Origin: Hypanus sabinus
Lineage: Eukaryota
Length of the DNA: 64,000 nt
Reading direction: 5' to 3'
NCBI RefSeq assembly: GCF_030144855.1
Contig: NC_082730.1
Coordinates: 15,438,001-15,502,000 of the forward strand
Positions 23,801-35,800 of the stretch are shown in pieces. The translations under genes and the position numbers were made by a program. Position 1 is the first letter of the stretch. Each line of letters starts with the position of its first letter. The notes under the pieces were generated by a model. That model worked only from the letters and a program-made list of their open reading frames with translations, was not told where the DNA came from and ran no database searches.

Positions 23801-26800
23801 AATGTGTAATTCCATTCAGTAAGTTTCCCCGTACATCTTACTGAAGTAAAATGAAATCCCTTCAGAGCTCTTTCAGAAGAATTGAGCATTCAAAGATCCT
23901 TCAAAGAGTGGAGGCAGCCTAAGAAGAGGAGAGGGAATGAAGTGAAGTATTGTATGCTGATCTTTGCAAGAAAAACCCTTCTTTATCACACCTATTCGTA
24001 ACTTTGCTCCTTTCTCAGCAACAAGTTCTAAGGAAATATGCTTGTACTCAGGGGCTGCGGCCCCCTATTGTTGAACTTCCCATCACAAGGAGCATCCTCT
24101 CCACATCAATTCTATCTCATCTTTTCAATATTCAATCAGTTTCAATGAGATTTCCCCTCATTCTTCTATTCTCCAGCGAGTACAGGCCCGGAGCCATCAA
24201 ACTGTCTCCTCACGCTCACAACACTCAACATGGGCTCTTTCACTCTCCATCATTAACTTTTCCCCATGAACACTTTCCCCAATGACGCACCATGGCTAAC
24301 TTTTTAAATCAAGGAAAAACTAAAGCTTCTGTATGAACTTCAGGAGTCAGATGGGATTGGCGGAGGAAAAGTGGTCAATATTTAAGGTTAATCCCTTGCG
24401 TCAGAACACCACATGCCATTTATTTTTGCTTCAGATTGAAACATTTACTGTTGCTTGAGTCTCATTTCTCCTCATTTCATTCCATCTTGGGGAATTGCTG
24501 CAATGTTTCTCTCTTGCTAAATATAACTGAAAGCTTTTCAGATTGTCACATACCACGTTCCAGTTGAGTCACTGTGGTTTTTTGATCAAGCTTCCTGCTG
24601 CTGCCTTCCTCAGTTTATTTCAGTCATTTCTCTGAGGACACACAGGTCCCGTGTCTCTGTGAATAAAATGCTGTGGACATTGATTCTTGATACACTATCA
24701 ATAACTCACTCTGAGACGTAAGGCGAGATATCGGCTTTTATTGACTGAAGAAGGAACCAGCAGTGAGTGACCATCATATTACATCCTGGAGAATGAGGCA
24801 GAGGATCAGACCTCAATCGCCTTTATACAGGGGCCTGTGGGAGGAGCCACAGGAGCAGTCAGAAGGGGGCGTGTCCAGACAGGCACATAGTTCACCACAT
24901 TCACCCCCCCTTTGTTTGAAAGAGTCCCCATGTGGCAAAGTTTCTTACAGGTCAAGTCTATCAGGTGGTCGAATCTGTCGCTGCGATCTACGTATCACCG
25001 GCTGTGATTGCGCCGATGCCAGCAACATTGGTGATTGCACAGGAGACGGAGGTTGTGCTGGTTCCAGCTCATGCATGTGTGAGGCACCTGGTATATAAGT
25101 GTCATGAGGAGTCCATGTAGGGCCTGGTGAGCGCGGTGTCACCTCGGGTACAGGGTTCATAGTTACCTGAGAGTGTTCAGGGTAGTGGTCTGCTGCACCT
25201 GCGGGTGCCAGGTCGCGGATGGAGACCTTTGTCCTCCCGCCCATCAGGTAAGACCACGTAAGCATACTGGGGGTTCGCATGCAGAAGGTGAACCCTCTCG
25301 ACCAGCGGGGAATATTTATTGCTCCTCACATGTTTCCGGAGCAGCACTGGCCCCGGGGACATCAGCCAAACTGGTAGAGTGGTCCCAGTGACAGACTTCC
25401 TGGGAAAAGAGAATAGGAGTTCGTGAGGGGGGGCTGGGGCCACCATCTGACCACCTGGGCCCTCCAAGGGCTTGTGCTTGGCTCAATGATCCCCTCCCTG
25501 AGCAGCCACTGCACCTCTGACTGAATGAAGGCCCTGTCCCCCGCACTGTACCTCCTGCTTTTAGTCGCCATCGGTTTACAGTTGGGGTCAGGTTGGCGAA
25601 CAGTAGCGGGGGAGGGACCTCGAGAGTGGAGAGACTGCAAGTGGTGTCCGTAGCGCAGCTGTCGTGTTGGATGGGATGTGTGTGTCGCTGTGTGTGTGTG
25701 TGTGTGGTCAATAGTGATGAAGTCCCACAGAACTGAGGATTCCGGACAGTGAGTGGTAGGAGGGGCCCGTCATATACCATAGTCTCACTTTCGAGATGGC
25801 TCTGGAAGTCCAGCCCCAATAGCACAGGTGCGCACAGATTAGGCATGACCAGTAGCGCAAAGTTCCGATATTCTGTGCCCTGCACCACCAATGTCGCTAC
25901 ACAACCCACCAGGATGTCTGTGGAATGCGACCCAGAAACCAAATGGATCCTCCGACTTACCGGCCGCGTTGCGAGTCCGCAGCGTTGCACTGTGTCTGGG
26001 TGAATAAAACTCTCAGTGCTGCCCGTGTCAAACAGGCATCTAGTCCTGTGCCCCTCCACCCGGATGTCCATCATGGACCTTGCAAGCTGGTGTGGAGCAC
26101 TTTGGTCAAGAGTTACAGTGGCCAGAGTTGAATCGCTGTCGGGGTACCCGGTAAGCAACGGAGGGTCGGGGGCGGGGCGTGCTGACGCCGACAAATATGG
26201 CCGCCCATATCCGGGCATGCAAGATGGCGGCCCCCACGTTTCACCCGCAGCGCTGCACTCCGCTCGCAGTTTAGACTTACAGACCTTGGCGAAATGGCCC
26301 CACTTTCCGCAGCTGGAGCAGGTCGTTTCTCATACTGGGCAGTGTTTTCGAGAGTGCTTTTTGTGGCCACAGAAATAACAAAGCACAGGCTTCTGACGGG
26401 CCACCGCCGTGGTCGGGTTCGGGGAGCTCGTGGAATCGCGACTGACAGCGGCGTTTCGCTCGCGGGAGCCGGCGGTGGCGGGGTCTGAGGCATCCACAGA
26501 ACCGATGGGAATCACGCGACTGGACAGCGTCGGCGTAGTGCAGCGCAGCTTCCAGAGCGTTGGCCGTCTCGATCGCCGAGCGTAAGGTAAGATCGGAGTG
26601 TTCCAGCAGTCGCTGGCGCATGTACACTGACCTCAGTCCCGTCACAAAGGCGTCTCGCACCAGTAGCTCCGCATGTTGTTCTGCCGTGAGCGTCTTGCAG
26701 TCACAAGCTCGGACGAGTTTCTGTAGTGCTCGGAGAAACTCGGCGCTAGATTCTTCAGGCCGCTGTCGCCGGGTAGCTAAACGATGTCTTGCGTAGACGG

Positions 26801-29800
26801 TGTTCACCGGCCGCAGGTACTGTCTTTTGAGGGCGTCCAGTGCCCCTTCGTAGGTCGGCAGGTCCCGGATAATGGAATAAACTTTTGGGGGTGACCCCCG
26901 AGAGGAGAATTCTGTACATAACGGCAGGGTCAGTCGCACGAAGCTCCGCCAAGTATGATTGGAAGCATGCAAGCCAGTGTTCAAAACAAGAGCTGTGTCA
27001 GGGTCTTGAGGGTCCAAATCCAACCTTTCCGGACATAAAACGGTTTCCATGTTTTAAAGCTTTCAGTCAATAAAATTGATGCACCATCAATAACTCACTC
27101 TGAGACGTAAGGCGAGATATCAGCTTTTATTGACTGAAGAAGGAACCAGCAGTGAGTGACCATCATATTACATCCTGGAGAATGAGGCAGAGGATCAGAC
27201 CTCGATCGCCTTTATACAGGGGCCTGTGGGGGGAGCCACAGGAGCAGTCAGCAGGGGGCGTGTCCAGACAGGCACACTTAGTTCACCACAATTCTTCTGA
27301 CTGGTTTCTGACCCAGTGAGTTACAGACAGCACTGGATACTTGGAAAATGTCAGTGCTAGTTTGGAGGTAGCACACTGTTTCCACAACAGTGCTCGAATA
27401 TTTGTAGAAACTAAAGATGTTGGAAACTGGAGTTCAGAGTACACTCCTAAAGGAACTCAACAGCTCAGGCAGTATCAGTCAGGTGGAGGGGAAATATTGA
27501 CAGTTTGGGTTGACACCCTGCATCAAGTGTGAGGGGAGAGGGAGATATCGTAAATGGGGGGGGGAGGGGTGAGACTGGGTCCACTAGATGGCCAAGGATT
27601 GGGGAAGGGGGAAGCCCAATGGGCAAATGGAATGGAGAGGAAGGGGGTTGGGATTTGGAGGTGGGTGAGTGGTGGAAGCTGAGAAGGAGGAAAGGGGAAT
27701 AGTTTGGAGCCAGTTTGAGGGAGTATCTGCTCAGCAGGAGAAATCTCCTGATGGCAGTTAAGCAAGAATATCAGGACTACCATTGCTGGTATCTGATCTC
27801 ACTTTACAGGGATCAGTATAACAACCGACATTATTGTCTTGAAATCAGTGTCTTTCATTGGACATCTCAGTGGGGCAATTAGTAAAGAACATTACTGAAT
27901 GTGGAGTCAAAGGTAAACCAGGGTGGGTGAGGATGAGAAATTTCTGTCCCTAAAGACCTTTCTGATCCAGATGGGATTTTGACAGTCTGGCAGTTCATCG
28001 TGATCATTATTGGTACTTGTTTTTTAATTCCAGGTATAATAAATTGGAGTTAAGCATTCATTGTATCCTTATGGAAATTGAAATCACATAAGACCATAAG
28101 ACCATAAGATAAAGGAGCAGAAGTCGGCCATTCAGCCCATTGAGTCTGCTCCGCCATTTCATCGTGAGCTGGTCCAATCTCCCCTTTAGTCCCATTCCCC
28201 CACCTTCTCACCATAACCTTTGATGTCCTGACTACTCGGATACCTATCAATCTCTGCATTAAATACACTCAATGACTTGGCCTCCACTGCCGCCCGTGGC
28301 AACAAATTCCATAGAATCACCACCCTCTGGCTAAAAAAATTATTTTGCATCTCTGTTCTGAATGGGCGCCCTGCAATCCTCAAGTCATGTCCTCTCGTAC
28401 TAAACTCCCCCACCATGGGAAACAATTTTGCCACATCCACTCTGTCCATGCCTTTCAACATTCGAAATGTTTCTATGAGGTCCCCCCTCATTCTTCTAAA
28501 CTCCAAGGAGTACAGTCCAAGAGCGGTCAAACGCTCCTCATATGTTAACCCTCTCATTTCCGGAATAATTTTAGTGGATCTCCTCTGAACCCTCTCCAAT
28601 GTCAGCACATCCTTTCTTAAATAAGGAGCCCAAAACTGCTCACAGTGGTCCAAGTGATGTCTTACCAGTGCCTTACAGAGCTTCAACATCACATCCCTGC
28701 TCCTATACTCTATTCCTCTAGAAATGAATGCCAACATTGCATTTGCCTTCTTCACCACTGTCTCAACCTGGAGGTTAACCTTAAGGGTATCCTGCACGAG
28801 GACTCCCAAGTCCCATTGCATCTCAGAACTTTGAATTCTCTCCCCATTTAAATAATAGTCTGCCCATTTATTTCTTTTACCAAAGTGCATGACCGTATAC
28901 TTTCCAACATTGTAATTCATTTGCCACTTCTTTGCCCATTCTCCCAATCTATTCAAGTCTCTCTGCAGACTCTCTGTTTCCTCAGCACTACCGGCACCTC
29001 CGCCTATCTTTGTATCATCAGCAAACTTAGCCACAAAGCCATCTATTCCATAATCCAAATCATTGATATACAACATAAAAAGAAGTGGCCCCAACACAGA
29101 CCCCTGTAGAACACCACTGGTAACCAGCAGCCAACCAGATGGGATGCCTTTATTGCCACCCTCTGTTTCCTGCCGATCAACCAATACTCTATCCATGTAT
29201 GTAACTTTCCTGTAATTCCACGGGCTCTTATCTTGTTTAGCAGCCTCAGGTGCGGCACCTTGTCAAAGGCCTTCTGAAAATCCAAATACACAACATCCAC
29301 TGCATCTCCTTTGCCTAGCCTATTTGTAATTTCCTCATAAAATTGCACAAGGTTTGTCAGGCAGGATTTTCCTTTAAGGAAACCATGCTAAGTTCTGCCT
29401 ATCTTGTCATATGCCTCCAGGTACTCCGTAACCTCATCCTTGACAATCGACTCCAACAACTTCACAACCACCGATGTCAAGCTAATAGGTCTATAATTTC
29501 GTTTTTGCTTCCTTGCCCCCTTCTTAAATAGCGGAGTGAAATTTGCAATCTTCCAGTCCTCCGGAACCAGACCAGAATCTATCGACTTTTGAAAGATCAT
29601 TGCTAATGCCTCCGCTACCTCCACTGCTACTTCCTTCAGAACATGAGGGTGCATTCCAACTGGTCCAGGAGATTTATCTACCCTTAGACTACTCAGCTTC
29701 CTGAGTACTCCCTCTGTTGTAATTGTGACTGCACGTATTTCTCTTCCTTGATACCCTTGAATGTCCGGTATATTGCTGATGTCTTCCCCAGTGAAGAGTG

Positions 29801-32800
29801 ATGCAAAATACTCATTCAGTTCCTCCGCCATCTCCTTATCTCCCATTACAATTTCTCCAGCATAAGTTTCTATCGGTCCTATATCTACTCTCACCTGTCT
29901 TTTACTCTTTATATACTTGTAAAAGCTTTTAGTATCCTCTTTGATATTATTTGCTAGCTTCCTTTCATAGTTCATCTTTTCCCTCTTAATGACATTCTTA
30001 GTTTCCTTTTGTAAGCGATTAAAAACTTCCCAATCCTCTGTCTTCCCACTAATTTTTGATTCTTTGTATGTCCTCTGCTTTGACTTTACTTTGGCTTTGA
30101 CTTCTCCTGTCAGCCACGGTTGCATCCTTTTTCCTTTCGAAAATTTCTTCTTCTTTAGAATATATCTGTCTTGCAGCTTCCTCACTTCTCGCATAAACTC
30201 CAACCACTGCTGCTTTGCCGTGCTTCCTGCTAGTGTCCCTTTCCAATCTGGATTTCTAGGCACTAAAGTGGTTCTAGACATTATTGCAACACCTGCTAAC
30301 TACACACAGAAATACTTGACAAGCACAAAGACAAAATTTCCAAAAGAACCAGAAGCACAATTTCAGACATCATGAGGGGTTTCTGTCTGCAGTTTATGAA
30401 CTCGTCTGGAGGTAAGGAGGACATCAAGATATTGGCATCAATTGTTCCTACCTTCATCTGAACCCTAGAGTTCCCAGAAATGCCCCCCTCAACACACACA
30501 CACGCACACGCACGCATACACACACACAGTATCTCAAATAAAATAGCTGGGATATTGGTGGACATTTCAAAGTCTGACACATACACATGCCTGGGAGCAT
30601 CTCAAATAAAATAGCTGGGTCAACATATTCTGAAGTCATTGAAAGTTCAACACTGCCGCTCTCCCTCAGTACTGCAGTGGAAGGTCAGCCCTGGATTTCT
30701 GCCCAGGACTCTGGAGTGGGAAGTGAACCCACAATGTACTGACACAGGGGAGAGAGCAATGACACTAGCAGCACTAAATGCACTGAAAGTGACCTGGAGC
30801 TGTTTTTACCCTCGTGTTCAAAGTTATTTGTTTGCATTAAGTTGTTCCTTTCTCTTCAAATCTGATAATTCCTCCCTCAGTTTCAGATGCATTGCGGGCA
30901 GAGGAATCAGTAAGAGGAGTTGTGGGAAGAGCGATCACAATCGATTGTCACTATGGAGCAAGGTACTGCTCGCACACAAAGTATTGGTGCCACGGATGGA
31001 CTGTCCAATGTTCAGTTTTAGTGGAAACAAAAGGGCAACACGGACGGAGTGGACGAGTGTCAATCACAGATACTCCGGAACGGGGAATATTTACTGTTAC
31101 TATGGAGGATCTTCGCTCTGGAGATACAGGATGGTACAGCTGTGGAGTTACAACACCAGGTTTCGATCCGATGTTTAATGTTCATCTACAAGTATCTGAT
31201 GGTAGGTTTCTCAGGGATTGACTTTGTGCTTTCCATTAAGGATATGTCTCATGATCTTTGTTGTCACCCTGTCCATCCCAAACTATCTCTGCATTAATAT
31301 CAGTGCCAAATGTTTCCTTCTATACGGCTGGTCACAATTTTCTCCTGAAAACTGCCAGGCATGTGACCAACATCTCAGAAGTTGCTGCCTTTCAACAATC
31401 AGCAGCTATTTTATTAGGTCCCTCCTGTACATAGTAAAATGGCCACTGAGTGTATGTTTGTAGTCTTCTTATGCTGTAGCCCATCCACTTCAAGTTTCAA
31501 CAAGTTGTACTTTCAGAGGGTTTTCTGCACACCACAGTCAAAACACGCGGTTATTTGAATTCTTGTCACCTTTCTGTCAGCATGAACCAGTCTGGCCATT
31601 CTCCTCTCACATCTCTCATTAACAAGGCATTTTTGTTCACAGAATTGCTCCTTACTGGATATCTTTTTTTGTGCTGTTTGTGTCATTCTCTGTAAACTCT
31701 AGAGACTGATGTGTGTGAAAATCCCAGCAGATCAGTAGTTTCCCAGATACTCAATCTACTCTGTCTGGTACCAACAATTCTTTCATAGTTAAAGTCACTT
31801 AGATCACATTTCTTCCCCATTCTAACGTTTAGCCTGAACAACAACTGAACCTCTTGACATGATTGTATAATTAGATAATTGCATTAATGAGCAGGTGAAC
31901 AGGTGTATGTAATAAAGTGGCAGAAGAGTGTTTGTTTTTCAGATGTTCATTCAGTGCCTGAATGTTTAATTCTTTCCCACAGAACCTGTGTCTGCTCCTG
32001 TGGTTCGATATCTGTCACCAGCAAATGTCTCACGTCTCGGGGACTCAGTGACAGTGTCCTGTGAGTCTGAGCAGGGATCACTTCCCATTCAGTACACATG
32101 GTATGAAAACAATTCATCTGGGCATTCATATATCTCAAATGCTAATGAACTGGATCTACATTGTCAATCCTTCAACCACACACACTATCAATATTACTGC
32201 AATGCCTCGAATCCGCTTGGAGCAAGATCCAGTGCAGTGGTTAATGTGACAGTCTTCAACAACGGTGAGATCTGCAGTTATGTGACAGAAATCAATGGCA
32301 CCAGTAAGTTCTAATTTCAAGGGAGGATACATTTAAATATTTATTTTTATTACTCTGTTACTGCTGCTCTTATATTTCTAGTGATGGTAAGGAATTTCTT
32401 TGCATTTGTAGAAGCTACACATTGCAGCCTCCATGGGGTAGAAATAAAGTGCAGAGAACAGTTAAGTCTGGCACCTCCTCCTGGAAGATGTGGAGCATCT
32501 CAAACATAGTTGGACTTGCACATCCATTCATACTTTGGTTTCTGCACTGAGGACTCTAGAATGGGTGTTGAGTTGTGAGATAGTGACACTGTCATAAAAA
32601 CAAAAGTAAGGCCATAAAATACAGCAAATATTAATGGGGTTGATAGATATTCGGCAATGTCAGAGGGCAGAGTGAGTGTAGTTGCTATTACTAAGGAGAA
32701 GGTGTTTGAGAAGCTGAGAGGTCTGAAGGTAGATATCTGGACCAGACAGACTACACCCCATGGTAAAAGTGACCATCTTCAACAATGGAGATGTGACTGA

Positions 32801-35800
32801 AATCAATTCCACCAGTAAGTTCTAACTTCATGGGAGGTCAGCTCAGAAACCCTTGACAAATCTGATTTAACAATATCCTAATCATGGGACAAGCTACTGA
32901 GACCAATTAACCTACCCAGTATAGCTTTGGACTGTGGGAGAAAATGGGACCACCTGGGGAATCTCCACACATTCCACATGGGGAATGTACAGACTCCATA
33001 CATTAGAACAGCAGTGAGGAGGAATTTCTATAGCCAGAGGCTGTAACCACGGACAGCTTTTCAGGCCAAGACATTGGGTATATTTAAAGCATAGCTAGGT
33101 GGTTTCTTGTTTCGTAAAGCTATGTAATTATGGGGAGAAATCAAGAGGATGGAGTTGAGTGGGATAGTAAATCAGCCATGATGAAATGGTGGAGCAGACT
33201 GTATGGGCCAAATAGCCTAATTCTGCTCTTGTGTCTTATAGTCTCATTATGTTTTGGTCAGCACTAGCATTAGAATTTCTTGAGCAGCCAAGGTAAATTA
33301 TTGACTGCTGAATCTGAGTTTCTCACTGATGAATAAAATACCTCACTCCCTTTGAGATATGGAAAGGGAACCGATTCCTTCTATTTGTGTCTATGTACAG
33401 AAATGAACAAGGTTGTTGCACATGATTACGACAAGGATAACAAACCTTTAAATCCCTTTTAAACACTAAAGGAATGTCAGTCCAAGGTGAGGGATGGGCA
33501 GGTGTGCAGCTTGCTGCACCGCGAGGTTTACTTGTCTTTACACTGAACTGAGGCTGTGGCTGTTTTGTGGCTGCCTGGAAGGAGGTGAATCTCCAGACTG
33601 TAAAGAGTATAGGTACTTTAAAATAAATATACTTTGAATTTTGAAATTGAAGTGCAATCTGATTGGCTGTGATCTCATAAGCTGTCACATCTATACAATG
33701 AAACATAATTCTGAATTTAACCTTTCAGAAGCATGTCCCAGTTTAGAAAGGGTGCTACAGAGTCAGAGTTATAGGTTATGGAAACAGGAGCTTCACCCTA
33801 AATTGTTCATGCTGCCCACAGTGTCTTCCTGAGCTTCTCCCATTTCCCTGCATTTCGCTAGTATCCTTCTAAATCTTTCCTGTCCATGATCTTGTCCAAA
33901 TGTGTTGCAAATCTTGTATTTGTAACATCTCACACATTTCCTTTGGCAGCCTTTTCCATGTGCACACTGCCCGGTGTGGAATACACTGCCGTTCCTGGCC
34001 CTCTCAGATATTACCCTCTCACAGTGTCTCTAGTTTTCAACTGCCCTACCCTGCAGGGCACCAGCTGTTGATGAACCCATGACATGGGCCCCAAGACTCC
34101 TGGAACTTCTGCCTAATGCTAGTACCAAGAGAGGGAGATGGGTCAAATGCAGGAAGACGGAACAAGCTCTGGTGGGTGGATCGTGCTGGCACAGAGTAAT
34201 GGGGGTGAACACCAGTTCATTTTCGAGTTCATTTGTAAACTTAGACAACTCTTTCTACTGCCCACTGTACTACAGTGCCACCTGTAAGTTATTAATCATG
34301 TGACATTTTCATTTCAAATTATTAATATTGATGACAAATAACAGTGGCTAACAAATGACAACACTGATCCCTATAGCACACCGCTGGTGATAAAGTCAGA
34401 TGTGGTCAGAAAAACAACACTCCACTACCACAATGATTTTGTTCTCCTTTACCCTTTTGTGCAGGAAATGACTTAAGCTAATCTTTGAATCTGTTTGTGT
34501 AAATTCGATTTTTACCTGTCCACTTTCTGAAGAACTTCTCCCTCAGTTTCAGGTGCCTTATGGGCAGAAGATAATGTAAGAGGAGTTCTGGGAAGAGCGG
34601 TTACAATCGATTGTCACTATGCACCGATGTACCGTTCAGACACAAAATATTTGTGTCGCATGTGGGATCGCCAATGCACATCATTAGTGAATACAAACGG
34701 GACAAATGAGCAGTATGGAAGAATGACAATCAGAGATAACACATCCCAGGGAATATTTACTGTTACTATGGAGAATCTTGTCTCTCAAGATACAGGGCTT
34801 TACCGATGTGGAATTACAACATCTGGCAATCAGCTAGAGTTTGATGTGCATCTACAACTATCTGACGGTAGGTTTCTCATTGATTGACTTGATATCCCCA
34901 CTGAAATAACTGATTCACATTTTCTTTGGGATGGGTCAGGAGAACACGAATATTCTAAGGGGGCAGCACAATACAAAGCCCCTGGGGAGTGGGCAAGGGT
35001 CAGGAAACCCCTCTCATGTTGCTCTCACCCAGTGTGAGGTCCAACCCACTGATGGGACACCAATTCCCAGTGGAAAGCTCAGCACATTGTCCTGCCTCTG
35101 TACATCATTGAATGCCACCCTGTCAGAGGAGGAGGTGTTTGTGCCCCTGAGGCAAATTAGTGCGGATATATCCCCAGGGCCTGCTAGCGTGTTTCCCCTG
35201 ACATTATGGGAGGCAAGTGCAGAAACTGGGGCTCCGGCAGACATATTTAAACTATTCTCAGTGACAGGAGAGATACTGGAGGAATGGAGGATAGTCATTC
35301 TTGTTTTTCTGTTTAAAAAAGGGCCTAAACATGAATAAGGAAATACAGGGTGCAGAGCTTCATCAGCATATTGAGCCGCGGTGGATGAAAAGTTTTTCAA
35401 GAGGTGATGGGGCAATGCAGGAAGTGACCAGAACAGTCTCTCAATAGATAGCATCCATTGGTACTTCTCTATATTCTGTTTGTTAACACAATGAAAGAAG
35501 ACAGTTCTGACCACATTCTATGCTGAAGGTGACCATTACACAGATGACAGCAGTGACTGATGCAACAGAGTCAGCACTCATACTATACAATGTACAGAAT
35601 TTAACCAGATATACATTCATGGCTAATATACTGCACTGTTTTCCCCTAAAACAAATGGAACAAACCCGAAGTAACAAAAGTTCTCCATCTATACTGAATA
35701 ATCTTGAGATTTATGCATTATATACAATGTGAAATTCAGTGTTTATAAACAATTGCAAAGTCAGCAATAAAAATCCAGGAAAGTATAAATGAGCTACATT

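Larger units (their letters stand above)
22290..35355 (+). repeat. Tandem segmental duplicate (unit B) of about 12640-22290 (unit A); a partial third start follows at 35355-36345
   Basis: The same non-coding block (ctcatcagcat...gagtcagcactcatactatacaatg) opens each unit at about 12640, 22290, 35355 and 54415; exon order L-VA-C2-VB repeats. Confidence 0.85.

Noticed and set aside
33817-33860. CACAGTG heptamer (also near 34020 and 63470) as a V(D)J recombination signal
   Set aside because: No nonamer at 12 or 23 nt, not adjacent to a V exon, and the V exons are complete with their own G strand and donor; these are not rearranging genes.
12640-35355. Units A and B as an assembly artefact (uncollapsed haplotypes)
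   Set aside because: They differ by several independent insertions and by strongly diverged C2 exons, which fits a real duplication better; long reads would settle it.
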